Assembly: GCA_016932965.1 (NCBI GenBank)
Contig: JAFGBW010000257.1
Location: 1 to 41,814, forward strand
Origin: Candidatus Auribacterota bacterium
Lineage (GTDB): Bacteria; Auribacterota; JAFGBW01
Length of the DNA: 41,814 nt
Direction of reading: 5' to 3'
In this document: positions 1-9,449 of the stretch, piece after piece
Numbering within the stretch: the stretch's first letter is position 1
How the letters are laid out: each line of letters opens with the position of its first letter
Program-made: the position numbers and the translations under genes
Notes under the pieces: generated by a model
Told to the model about the DNA's origin: nothing
Seen by the model: the letters and a program-made list of their open reading frames with translations, nothing else
The model's database searches: none

Positions 1-174
1 GCCAGGGGAATCATGGACGTGGGATTGAAATTTTCTGTTCCCATCACCTATGGTATCCTGACCTGCGACACTGAAGATCAAGCATTGGAACGAGCCGGGG
101 GACGCTGCGGCAACAAGGGGGAAGACTGTGCCAGGGCTTTATTGGACCTTCTGAAATTGCGGCAAATATCATGA
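1..174 (+). CDS. ribH: 6,7-dimethyl-8-ribityllumazine synthase, 3' part (truncated by window edge)
   Basis: Frame 1 reads ARGIMDVGLKFSVPITYGILTCDTEDQALERAGGRCGNKGEDCARALLDLLKLRQIS*, matching the RibH C-terminal PxxxGILT..QA.ERAG...NKG motif; TGA overlaps the nusB ATG (ATGA); conserved ribH-nusB order. Confidence 0.93.
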   Translation, partial: ARGIMDVGLKFSVPITYGILTCDTEDQALERAGGRCGNKGEDCARALLDLLKLRQIS

Positions 175-584
175 AAAAAAGACGAAAATCCAGGGAGCTG
201 GCACTCCAGGTTCTTTACAGTTTTTTAACCAATTCCAAATCCTTAAATGAGGTATTCAAGGATGAAATGTTCGAGAAAACCTCGCCGTTATACAGGCCTT
301 ATGCCATGACTCTCATTGAAGGGTGTGTGAAAAACGAAAAAGAATTAGATGAAATCATCGCGCACTGTTCCATAAACTGGAATCTGAACCGGATCGCCTG
401 CATAGAAAAAATCCTGTTGCGGATGGGGCTTTTTGAAATGATCTATTCCCCGGAAGTTCCTCCGGTATCCGCCATTAATGAAGCCGTGGACCTGGCTAAA
501 AAATTCTCAGGAGCGGATTCAGGGCGTTTTGTTAACGGCATCCTGGACCATTACTATAAAAAGGAACGACAAGAAAAGTCCTGA
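171..584 (+). CDS. nusB: Transcription antitermination factor NusB
   Basis: RRKSRELALQVLY, INEAVDLAKKFS and FVNGILD motifs; follows ribH. Confidence 0.96.
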   Translation: MKKRRKSRELALQVLYSFLTNSKSLNEVFKDEMFEKTSPLYRPYAMTLIEGCVKNEKELDEIIAHCSINWNLNRIACIEKILLRMGLFEMIYSPEVPPVSAINEAVDLAKKFSGADSGRFVNGILDHYYKKERQEKS

Positions 585-612
585 AATTCACATCAAACAG
601 TTTGTATTTTAT

Positions 613-814
613 AACCACGGAGGATTGAATGCGGCGCAGCCGCGATCAAATTTATTTTCTAACCTCGAATTGTACGTGCCGGAGCGTAGCGATGACCGCG
701 ACCGAAAGGAGTCCCTTGGGAACAAACACAACGTGCGCAGCAGTCGCACGAATCATTTTCTACGCTTGCGCTTCGAAATGATAAAACCATTTTTAATTCA
801 TGTCATTCGCGGTT
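613..814. repeat. Composite intergenic palindromic element (REP-like hairpin plus long inverted arms)
   Basis: GCGGC-GCA-GCCGC hairpin at 631-643; AACCTCGAAT (661-670) matches the reverse complement of ATTCGCGGTT (805-814) at 9/10; right arm reads CGCGAATGA-CATGAAT on the minus strand. Confidence 0.5.
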
Positions 815-870
815 TCTAACTTCCTATCAAATATAAGTTGTCATGAATTTTGTTAAAAAAATGATTTTTT

Positions 871-2736
871 ATGGATAGTAACACCCATTCCCTTCCTCTT
901 CCTGAAAAAGCAATCCGAATTTTTTCGATTTGTGCGTTGGTCTTTTTCTCAATCATGAGTTTGTTTTACGCAACACGTCTGGAAATAGAGTATTATGACG
1001 GCCTGGAATACTTAAATGCCGCAAGATTCATCCGTCAGCACGGACAAAATCTCTATCTGTATAATCTCATCCGCCCGCCTTTGCTTCCTTTGGTTTATTT
1101 CTGCACAGTGGATGAACATGCCAAAACGGAAGCCTTTGGCCATTACAACCCTTTGAGAAAACCGCATGTTCTATCAGTGATTCTTTCCATTTTTTTGTTG
1201 TATTTTCTCTATTGGTTCTTTCGCGAAATAGTCGGACACTCTTTGTCTTTCTTTTTGACGGGTCTTTTCTCATTCAACCGTATTTTTATTCATTATGCCC
1301 CCTTTGTCATGGCAGATATCCCCGGCACTCTTTTTCTGATGATGGGAATGTTACTCTTCATCCGAGCCAGAAAAAAGGAATCCGGCACGGTATCGGCACT
1401 CTCCGCTCTTTGTTTTGCCCTGGCTGCATTGACCAAATTTTTTTATCTCATCACGATTCCCATTTTGCTGGCATACGCCTTAACCTTACTTTTTCAAAAA
1501 ACAATTTCAGTAAAAACAAAAAAACAACTCTTCATCCTTCCTGTTCTGACGGCAGGACTCTTTTATCTTTTCTGCTTTGCCACGATGGTGTTTCTTTTTG
1601 GAAAAGAAATGAAATTCCATGCCATGTTGAAAGACATCTTGTTCAATCAAACAAAAGTGAATTTGGCTTCTTTCTGTCAGGAACCCATTATGGAATATGT
1701 GGAAGCTCTTCTTCAATCATCTGGTATCGGGGTGATGCTCTTTGCCCTGGCGGGATTTTTCTTCTTTTTATTTACAACCAAAATACCGGGAATTTCATTC
1801 TATACCCTGTGGATCCTTACAGCTGCAACGGCTCTTCTTTCCGCCGCACATAAGGAACCACGGTATATCATGCCTCTTCTGCCGGCCTGGTATCTTTTTT
1901 CCGGCATAGGAATCCGGGAAGTTGGAAAATGGATCACCCATAAAGGACCTGGCCCCCGGATAAAACGTTACGCCGCGCCGGTCATCACATCGATGGTGAT
2001 ATTATTTTCACTTCCCCCTGCTTATAAAGAACATCAGCAATTCAATGATCCCATTTATTACAAACCTTTTATAAGAACAACCGCCCGAACCATATCCCAA
2101 TTAGTTTCTCCGGAACAAAAAATATTCTGGTACCCTTCTGATGCTTACTACTCCCTCTATCCGCAATCATGCCGGTTCATTCAAGGGGATGATTTTTTTT
2201 ATTTTTTTCATATGGGGTACCCTGTTTTGCCTTTTTATACAGGAAGAAGTCTGATACCTATTTTTAAAAATTCCATTGCAGCTCAATCCCAAAACACGTT
2301 TTTAACATTGTTAAATAAAATGAAAACCGGCGACTGGGTTATGATTACTCCGGAAGAAGTGGTCTATTATTCCGATTTTCCTCCGCCCTTTAAAAAACCG
2401 CTTATTCTGGCCCAGCTTAAACGCGATGAATACGAGCTCAAAACAGATGCCATCAAAACGAAGCATTCAGGGAGTCAGGCTGAGTATCATTGCGGGCACA
2501 AAACCATCCTTTTTCAAATTCCGGACGAAACAGGGGAAATCAGGTTCGTCTCCGACCACCCTGCGGAAGGAATACTTTTCATGAATGAGGGTGGCAGCGT
2601 CAAACGCATTTCAGACTTTATCGTTGCTAAACCCAACGAAGAAATCACTCTGCCTATTGATAAACGAATAAAAATCCTGCCTTCACGCCTTGATCTTTAT
2701 TACTTCCTTATCCGGGAATTTCCCTGTCCTTGTTGA
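871..2736 (+). CDS. Polytopic GT-C-fold glycosyltransferase (ArnT/PMT-like)
   Basis: N-terminal TM followed by YYDGLEY and RPPLLP, many TM segments, KEPRYIMPLLP motif, soluble C-terminal domain. Confidence 0.75.
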   Translation: MDSNTHSLPLPEKAIRIFSICALVFFSIMSLFYATRLEIEYYDGLEYLNAARFIRQHGQNLYLYNLIRPPLLPLVYFCTVDEHAKTEAFGHYNPLRKPHVLSVILSIFLLYFLYWFFREIVGHSLSFFLTGLFSFNRIFIHYAPFVMADIPGTLFLMMGMLLFIRARKKESGTVSALSALCFALAALTKFFYLITIPILLAYALTLLFQKTISVKTKKQLFILPVLTAGLFYLFCFATMVFLFGKEMKFHAMLKDILFNQTKVNLASFCQEPIMEYVEALLQSSGIGVMLFALAGFFFFLFTTKIPGISFYTLWILTAATALLSAAHKEPRYIMPLLPAWYLFSGIGIREVGKWITHKGPGPRIKRYAAPVITSMVILFSLPPAYKEHQQFNDPIYYKPFIRTTARTISQLVSPEQKIFWYPSDAYYSLYPQSCRFIQGDDFFYFFHMGYPVLPFYTGRSLIPIFKNSIAAQSQNTFLTLLNKMKTGDWVMITPEEVVYYSDFPPPFKKPLILAQLKRDEYELKTDAIKTKHSGSQAEYHCGHKTILFQIPDETGEIRFVSDHPAEGILFMNEGGSVKRISDFIVAKPNEEITLPIDKRIKILPSRLDLYYFLIREFPCPC

Positions 2737-4318
2737 TCCGGATCAACTTTTCAAGAGCAAAAGAAAAACCTAAAAAGTAAAGGAATATCACGGCCTGTGG
2801 TTCCATGCCTCCTGCGGTTGTCAAAAAAACAGGCAAAATCAAAAAAGGGATAACCATGGAAAACAAGAACAGGGCATAACGAAATATTATTTTATTATTT
2901 CTTGATTTCCAGGCTTTCCCCGCCAGAAGTATCCAAACCGGCAACATGAACATCTCGACCGGCCATTCATAATGATGCCAGCCGATTTTAAAAAAATCTG
3001 CTGTAGGGGAAAATTGATAATACAAATCAACAGCCGTTTTTTTCGAATCTTCCTCATAACAAAATGCCGATCCGTCTCTGATCTCCCAGGGCAGTAATTT
3101 GACCAAAAAAACCGTGAATAATAAACGTTTACCCATTATGGAACCATACCAGAACGGGTCATTCATGATATCTTTCAGGCATATTTTTCGCAGAATCCGT
3201 TCATAATCATCATTGATCATAAAGGGAATGATATGCCTCGGAAGACCGGTAAAATCAGGGCCTCCAGCTCTCGCCACCGCAGAACAGGGTTCCAGATCGC
3301 CCCAGATATGCCCGTATTGCGAATCAAAATCCCCTAATCCGGCCCAAACTGAATGCCAGATGGCATGACGGGTCAGGACAGGATTTGAAACACCGTGAAT
3401 ACGGTTGGTTCTATTCATTAATCCGTGAATGAAAGCCTGAGTGATCCCATAGGGAGCAAGAAAAATGATTAATCCTGCAAACACGGCCGTTAAATAACTC
3501 CCCTTTTTCAGAAAAAATACCCCGGCCCATTTCTGTCTGATCACCTGGTCAGCCGATACGGTCAAAATTCCTGCCATGAAACCAGGGAGCAGAAAAAGGG
3601 CTCCGCTCCGGCAGATGGCGCAAACGGCAAAAAACATTCCCGCAAAAATCAGCCTCAGCAAATAGCCTTGAAAGGAAATCCTGCCCCAGAAACAATACAA
3701 CAGAAATGGAAACAGCATTACACCGGCTAACAGATAAAAGGCTGTTGAAGAATAAGTTAAAGTGATCGCCCCGGAAACATAGCTGGATAAGGAAAACAGC
3801 GCTATGAATACCCATGCAGTGAAGGCGTGATTCAATTGATTCAGCTCCAGCAATAACCACAGCAAAACAGGCAGGGCAAGAAAATACACTATCCAAAAAA
3901 CCGTGAACGGGGCGATCCGGTTCATGATTTTAAAAAGCAGTCCCAAAAGCAGACCTCTGCCCTTGTCATCAGGATAATTTAGGGGCGATACCCGACCGGA
4001 AAGAAAAAGCCCGGATGGAATCTTCTCCCAGAAAATGAAAGGAACCTCAGGATTTTTACTGACAAAAGATTTGACGGTTTCTTCCCATCCTTCCCCTTTG
4101 AGGGGAAACTGATTATACAAATACAATCCTATCCCTTCATGCATATCCTTCCAATAGCGGAAATGATATACCGGCTTAGTGCAGTGTATATTGGCCGCTA
4201 GCAGGACAAAACAGCCTGAACCTAATAAAAAATAGATCACCCGTTTTTTTATGGATTGGAGTCCCCCTCTGCATGCAGAAGAGAATCTCCGTCCGTAGGA
4301 AAGAAAATTGTTTTTCAT
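2708..4318 (-). CDS. Polytopic membrane protein, possible GT-C-type glycosyltransferase
   Basis: 536 aa with many hydrophobic segments, acidic loop (PDDKGRG) and a large soluble loop (HAIWHSVWAGLGDFD); starts 1 nt after the formyltransferase stop. Confidence 0.5.
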   Translation of the reverse strand: MKNNFLSYGRRFSSACRGGLQSIKKRVIYFLLGSGCFVLLAANIHCTKPVYHFRYWKDMHEGIGLYLYNQFPLKGEGWEETVKSFVSKNPEVPFIFWEKIPSGLFLSGRVSPLNYPDDKGRGLLLGLLFKIMNRIAPFTVFWIVYFLALPVLLWLLLELNQLNHAFTAWVFIALFSLSSYVSGAITLTYSSTAFYLLAGVMLFPFLLYCFWGRISFQGYLLRLIFAGMFFAVCAICRSGALFLLPGFMAGILTVSADQVIRQKWAGVFFLKKGSYLTAVFAGLIIFLAPYGITQAFIHGLMNRTNRIHGVSNPVLTRHAIWHSVWAGLGDFDSQYGHIWGDLEPCSAVARAGGPDFTGLPRHIIPFMINDDYERILRKICLKDIMNDPFWYGSIMGKRLLFTVFLVKLLPWEIRDGSAFCYEEDSKKTAVDLYYQFSPTADFFKIGWHHYEWPVEMFMLPVWILLAGKAWKSRNNKIIFRYALFLFSMVIPFLILPVFLTTAGGMEPQAVIFLYFLGFSFALEKLIRINKDREIPG

Positions 4319-4319
4319 C

Positions 4320-5036
4320 TTAAATAGAATAAGGAAAAAATTTGATTTTATACAAAATAATATCCCGCCAGGTTGGCATCATGAAATAAGAACCCGGTCC
4401 GGCAGCTTCTTCCTGTTTCAATAACAAATCTCCTGACAAGCAGGTGAAAACCTCTTCTATCATGCACGCAGCCTGATCGAATCCCTTTTGATAAATATCA
4501 ACCAGATTCATTTTACTACAGATGGGAATTTGGGTTTGACAAATCACAGGACCCGTATCGATGCCTTCATCCATTTTATAATAAGTGATCCCCAGAAAAG
4601 GTTCTCCATGATAATGCGCCCAAAAACTCGGCATGATTCCCCGGTAGTGAGGCAGCAAACCAAAGTGCAGATTAACACATCCTTTTGACGGCATCTGAAG
4701 TACCGGTTTCCTTAATATTCGACCGAGATTGAACACCCATATGATATCGACTTTCTCTTTTTCTATTTCAGCCGGATCAAAAACGCGCAAAGGGATGCCG
4801 TGCTCCTTCGAAATGTCCGACAGACTGGATTGAGTAGGTATTGAGCGCAGCTTAAACAAGCCTCTCAGGCCAATGATAAAAACCGTTTTCATGATCCTTT
4901 GAAAAGAGAAAAAACCCTTATCAACATAAATGGATCTAATGGCCACATCCTTTGTCTCTAAGATGGAAAGAAAGTTTTTGACCAAAGGATTCGAAAAATA
5001 TCGGTCGTCAGAACAAATGATGATACCGTTCAGCAT
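4320..5036 (-). CDS. Formyltransferase (N10-formyl-THF-dependent; probably a sugar N-formyltransferase)
   Basis: NLHFGLLPHYRG and MDEGIDTG motifs keep the Asn/His/Asp residues of the PurN/Fmt fold; lacks the Fmt C-terminal domain; lies among glycosyltransferases. Confidence 0.8.
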   Translation of the reverse strand: MLNGIIICSDDRYFSNPLVKNFLSILETKDVAIRSIYVDKGFFSFQRIMKTVFIIGLRGLFKLRSIPTQSSLSDISKEHGIPLRVFDPAEIEKEKVDIIWVFNLGRILRKPVLQMPSKGCVNLHFGLLPHYRGIMPSFWAHYHGEPFLGITYYKMDEGIDTGPVICQTQIPICSKMNLVDIYQKGFDQAACMIEEVFTCLSGDLLLKQEEAAGPGSYFMMPTWRDIILYKIKFFPYSI

Positions 5037-5108
5037 GAAATTATGTTTTGTTGATTATTAATACAGTATGTGTACTATAATTTTTTCTCATCAACAAGCA
5101 GAAGAAAA

Positions 5109-6056
5109 ATGATCATGGACCCCACGGATTTATCCATCATCTCGCCTGTTTATAATGAAGCCGGGAACATTGAACTGTTTCTAAGCCGGCTGCTGTCGAT
5201 ATTGAATTCCATGCAGATCAATCATTTTGAAATTATTTTGGTGGATGACGCCTCCACTGATCAGTCTGTTCCGATCATTAAAAAACATCTGGAAATGGAC
5301 TCCCGAATCAAACTCATCTGTTTTTCCAGGAATTTCGGCCAGCAAAGCGCCCTTTTCGCCGGAATTCTTAAAAGCAGAGGAACGATCATCATCAACATGG
5401 ACAGCGATCTTCAGCATCCGGTCGAAGAAATACCCCTGATGCTCAGCCTGTTTAAAAAGCAGAACCTGGACATCCTTTTTACCTCAAAAAAAGATAAAAA
5501 GGGACAGACCTTTTTCCTCCGGATTTTTTCCGGTCTTTTCTATAAAATGATGGGTTTCATGACGGACTGTAAAATCCCTCTGGACGCCTCTGACTTCAGG
5601 ATTTTCAACAATAAAGTGAAACAGTTTCTCCTGGATTTCCATGAATTCCACATTTACATCCCTGCCTTATTGGGACTGACGGGATTCAAATCCGATGTGT
5701 ACCTTTATGAGGTCTCTCAACGTTTTGCCGGAAAAAGCAGTTTTTCCCTTCGTTCCTTGTTTCTTCTTGCCGTCAACGCCTTATTCAGTTTCACGCATAT
5801 TCCAGTCAAGATTTCGATTTTTCTCGGATTCCTTTCTTTGCTGATTTCCACGGGTTATACCCTGTTCACCATCTTTAAATGGCTTATATACGGCGTGGTC
5901 ATCCCGGGATACATCACTCTTATTTTATTCATTCTCTTTTTTAATTCCGTCATCCTGATCAATCTCGGACTGATCAATGAGTATGTTTTCAGGATTTTCA
6001 GTCTGATACAAAACCGGCCTAACTACATCATCTCAGAAGAATATAACATCAAATGA
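5109..6056 (+). CDS. GT2 polyprenyl-phosphate glycosyltransferase (GtrB/ArnC-like)
   Basis: SIISPVYNE, VDDASTD, SRNFGQQSA, MDSDLQHP, two C-terminal TM helices and RPNYII; start at 5109 or 5115 preferred over GTG 5070. Confidence 0.9.
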   Translation: MIMDPTDLSIISPVYNEAGNIELFLSRLLSILNSMQINHFEIILVDDASTDQSVPIIKKHLEMDSRIKLICFSRNFGQQSALFAGILKSRGTIIINMDSDLQHPVEEIPLMLSLFKKQNLDILFTSKKDKKGQTFFLRIFSGLFYKMMGFMTDCKIPLDASDFRIFNNKVKQFLLDFHEFHIYIPALLGLTGFKSDVYLYEVSQRFAGKSSFSLRSLFLLAVNALFSFTHIPVKISIFLGFLSLLISTGYTLFTIFKWLIYGVVIPGYITLILFILFFNSVILINLGLINEYVFRIFSLIQNRPNYIISEEYNIK

Positions 6057-6090
6057 CCGATGGAGCCGGAACACGCACCTTGTATCCCAC

Positions 6091-7180
6091 TTAAAGAGCA
6101 AATCGTTCATAATGAATCTGCTTTTTAGGGACGCCCATCTGACTCAAGGCAACACGAAGCCCTTTCATCATAGAAGGCGGACCGAACAGGTACACATCGT
6201 ATTGATGAACATCCGGGACAAGCCGGAGGATCTTCTCTTTATTGATCAAGCCTTTTTCTCCAAGCCATGCAGACTCATCACTCATGATGTAAATCACTCG
6301 AAAACGACTGACTAAACGGGCCGCCAATTCATTGAGCTCTTCCTGGAGAGCGATACCGGCGCTGTTCAGATTACCATAGATAAGAACCACCTCTTTGCCG
6401 ACAGAAAGGAACTCCTCAGCAAGGGAACGGAACGGAGTGATGCCGATTCCTCCTGCGATCAGGATGACTTTCGGACAAAAACCCCGCCGTGAAGTAAAAA
6501 TACCATGCGGCCCGTCAATCAAGACCGGGGTATCCGGTTTCAACTTGACGATTGATCCGGTGAAATCGCCCCGTTGTTTGATGGTGAGACGGATCTGTAT
6601 TCCGTCAGGTCTGCATGAGATGGAAAACAGATGGGCATGCCATCGGAAACCATGGGCCAGAAACCGCACAACCATGAATTATCCCGCTTCAACGGGGAAC
6701 AGATTCAAATCCTTTCCGCCGATATAGACCGAGGTCGTTTCGACGGTTTCCATCTCCATTTTTTTCACAAAGAACCAGTGACGAAAAAATAGCCGGACAG
6801 GAAGGACAAATCGGTAATATAACAAATTTCCAAAAAAAAGATAAGTCCCCGCCAGGGCTATAGCCAGATAAAAAGTCAGATGAACGGCATACCAGAACTC
6901 ATGGAGCATCTTATTCCTGATGATCAGGACAGAAAAAAACAACGGCCATCATCATGATTGACAAGCTGATGACAGCAGAAAGCACGTCATCTGAGTTTTT
7001 GCAGAAATCCACGAATTGTTCATTCAGACTTGAACCGGCCTGCATGGCATGACCGTGTGTCAATAAAATGGGATGCACGACCAGAAAAGGGCCCAGCATA
7101 AATCCAACGGCATGATGAAGCAAACTCAGACGATTTAGACCAAAAATCTTTTCCACCCACTTGATCCTGCCGATCAGAAT
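6091..7180 (-). pseudogene. Decayed ferric-reductase-like transmembrane / FAD-NAD-binding oxidoreductase
   Basis: Three collinear fragments: LIGRIKWVEKIFGLNRLSLLHH..HP; HEFWYAVH..PVEAG*; FMVVRF..IDGPHG..IAGGIGITPF..GPPSMM..IHYERFAL. Frameshift at a T7 tract near 6935, in-frame TAA at 6679-6681, 5' end missing. Confidence 0.85.
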
Positions 7181-7258
7181 CTACTTTCCCCAATTAAAAA
7201 AAGATTGGAACACTTTTCAGTAACAAGGTATGATTACAGAGAAGGATTGAATGCGAAA

Positions 7259-7804
7259 ATGATCATCACTCTTTCAGGAGAACCCGGCTCAGGCAAAAGC
7301 ACTTGCGCGAAAAGTCTGGCTTCCATCTTCGGCCTGAAGCATTATTCCACCGGCGATCTGATGAGACAGATAGCCAGCGAAAGAAACATGACTCTGGAAC
7401 AGCTTTCCCAGCTCGCGGAAATGGATGCTTCACTTGATAAAGAACTGGATGAACGGCAAATCCGTTTAGGTAAAACCGAAGATCAATTCATCATTGACGG
7501 AAGACTGGCTGCTCATTTTATTCCTCATGCAATCAAAGTATTTCTGACAGCGGACCTGGAGGAAAGGGCCAGAAGAATTCTTCATGCCAACAGGACCATG
7601 GAATCTTTCAGTTCCCTGGAAAAAGCCAAGGAAAAACTCGTCCACCGGCAGGAGAGTGAAATCAAAAGATACCTGGCATGGTACGACTTCAATCCTTTCG
7701 AGCTTTCCACATACGACATCGTGTTCGATTCTTCTCACACCTCCATCGATGAAATGGTGGAAAAAGTCAGGAAAAAAATCATGGGCAAACTCTGCCTCAC
7801 TTGA
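7259..7804 (+). CDS. cmk: Cytidylate kinase, archaeal-type short form
   Basis: MIITLSGEPGSGKST P-loop, IIDGRLA, ERARRI, RQESEIKRY, YDIVFDS; about 181 aa; ATG 7259 preferred. Confidence 0.8.
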   Translation: MIITLSGEPGSGKSTCAKSLASIFGLKHYSTGDLMRQIASERNMTLEQLSQLAEMDASLDKELDERQIRLGKTEDQFIIDGRLAAHFIPHAIKVFLTADLEERARRILHANRTMESFSSLEKAKEKLVHRQESEIKRYLAWYDFNPFELSTYDIVFDSSHTSIDEMVEKVRKKIMGKLCLT

Positions 7805-8678
7805 TTTTTTCCGTATTCTTAAAATGAAGTTTGGCCACTTTACCGAAATTTTCCCTGCCGTATTTCTCGATAAAGCTTTTTGCCTTGCTGTGAGTAGGCT
7901 CTCCCGCTCCTTTGGGAAAATCAATCTGATATTCGTCTGAAAGCGCTTGAAGCTCTGTCAGAAAAACAGACCTTGCCATGACACTGGCACAGGCCACCGC
8001 CATGTCGGATTCGCCGTGAGTTTTGGTTTCCAAAGGAATCGTGACCCCCATTTTTTTAAGTTGAAGTTTTATTTTCCAGGGGGATCCGAATTGGTCCAAA
8101 AGCGCTCTGGGGGCTTTGCACGTCAGCCATAGGTTTTTCAGGCAAGCCGCATGGGCCCAGGACAATAAGGAATTCAAATTCCCAAACGAAGCATACAGCT
8201 GATTGTATTTTTCCGGTCCGATGAGTACCGTCTTCACAGGGGCATGCTGCCGGATAATCCCGGAAACCCGTATCACGGTTTTGTCATCCATTTTTTTACT
8301 GTCCCGTATGCCCAGTTTTTTAAAACGCAGGTAATTTTCAGTATCCACAAAGACCGAAGCCACAACCAGCGGGCCGAAATAATCACCCTTGCCCGCTTCA
8401 TCCATCCCGATTTTTTCTTCATAGGATAAATGCCCATAATCTAAATCAAATGTTTTAAGTATTTCCGGCTCCAGATAATACCGGACAAAATCCTCGGTCC
8501 CTTTGCCCTGGACGAGGCATTTATTCGAATGAAACACATTCACATTCACATGCAGCTGCTTATGAACAGCCGAAAAATAACCGTATGGAAGATCCTTGAA
8601 AAGGAACCCCCTTTCGGAGAGATCCTTTTTGATCCTCCCCGCATCGTTTTTTTTAATTTCACAGGTAAAGGAATTCAT
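7797..8678 (-). CDS. rnhC: Ribonuclease HIII
   Basis: N-terminal TBP-like domain (KCLVQGKG), IGMDEAGKGDYFGPLVVA, IRDSKK, DQFG, VAKLHFKNT. Confidence 0.95.
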   Translation of the reverse strand: MNSFTCEIKKNDAGRIKKDLSERGFLFKDLPYGYFSAVHKQLHVNVNVFHSNKCLVQGKGTEDFVRYYLEPEILKTFDLDYGHLSYEEKIGMDEAGKGDYFGPLVVASVFVDTENYLRFKKLGIRDSKKMDDKTVIRVSGIIRQHAPVKTVLIGPEKYNQLYASFGNLNSLLSWAHAACLKNLWLTCKAPRALLDQFGSPWKIKLQLKKMGVTIPLETKTHGESDMAVACASVMARSVFLTELQALSDEYQIDFPKGAGEPTHSKAKSFIEKYGRENFGKVAKLHFKNTEKIK

Positions 8679-9084
8679 GTTCGATTTTCCTCAATACATC
8701 ATAAAATGTTTTCCATTCCTCTTCAGAAGCAGCGGAAGAGACTGCCCGGTTCAGTTCCTTGACCAGATGATCCGCCTTTTTCTGCATTTCGATTCCATCC
8801 GTTGTCAAACAAAGGAGAACAGCCCTTTTATCCCCGGGATGCATGATTTTTTTTATCCATCCTTTTTTCTGAATCCGCTGGACAAGGCCGGTCAAGGAAG
8901 AAGAATCCAGGCCGAGTTCTCCCTGAATTTCCTTGGGAGAGCACTTTTGCCTGTCCGCAACAACATTTAACACATCAATTTGAGCTGGAGAAATTCTCAT
9001 GATAGCCAGCGCTTTGTTGAAAAAGCGGTCCAGTCTTCTGTTCATAACAAGCCATCTGGAGATAAAATCATTTCGTTGCATCAT
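8659..9084 (-). CDS. MarR-family transcriptional regulator
   Basis: ISPAQIDVL, LGLDSSSLTGLVQRIQKKGWI and DKRAVLLCLT winged-helix pattern; start trimmed to ATG 9084. Confidence 0.9.
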   Translation of the reverse strand: MMQRNDFISRWLVMNRRLDRFFNKALAIMRISPAQIDVLNVVADRQKCSPKEIQGELGLDSSSLTGLVQRIQKKGWIKKIMHPGDKRAVLLCLTTDGIEMQKKADHLVKELNRAVSSAASEEEWKTFYDVLRKIEHEFLYL

Positions 9085-9219
9085 GACTAAATATTTTTCA
9101 GGTGATCCCTGCTGAACACAAATAAAATAAAAATGATTGTAAATATGACCTGTTTTACTAATAAAAGTCAAACAAGATCAGCTTTCCAAAGCCCATTTTC
9201 GCGTATCTCCCTCGATAAA

Positions 9220-9273
9220 GTCAACCACCACCGGCAGAGCCGGTGGCTTGAAATGTGAACCGATCAAAGCGAT
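9220..9273 (-). mobile_element. Isolated IS200/IS605-like (Y1 transposase) end; no transposase present
   Basis: 8-bp hairpin CCACCGGC-AGA-GCCGGTGG (9228-9246) flanked by GTCAA (TTGAC on minus) and TGTGAACCGATCAAAGCGAT; resembles IS200-type ends from memory, not database-checked. Confidence 0.6.
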
Positions 9274-9322
9274 TAATTTTAATGAAATATACTGTATAAA
9301 ATATTTACATTTTTATTTTTTG

Positions 9323-9449
9323 CCACACGGAGAGCAAGAAAAGTTATAGGTGTTGAATTTTAAATTCAAATGAAATTTGATCAATTCAATTCATAACTAA
9401 ACACTCGAAACTCACAATTATAATTTCTCCGCGCTCTCCGTTTCCGTGG
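9323..9449. repeat. Intergenic inverted-repeat element with internal heptamer periodicity
   Basis: ACGGAGAGC (9327-9335) pairs with GCTCTCCGT (9433-9441); outer CCAC/GTGG; inner minus-strand heptamers TTGTGAG TTTCGAG TGTTTAG TTATGAA. Confidence 0.6.

Noticed and set aside
478-819. 113-aa ORF overlapping the nusB end
   Set aside because: Out-of-frame overlap with nusB, then runs through palindromic repeat DNA; no recognisable motif.
6676-6681. Possible stop-codon readthrough or recoding in the ferric reductase
   Set aside because: The stop is TAA and the gene has several other lesions; other genes terminate normally at TAA, so pseudogenisation is the simpler explanation.
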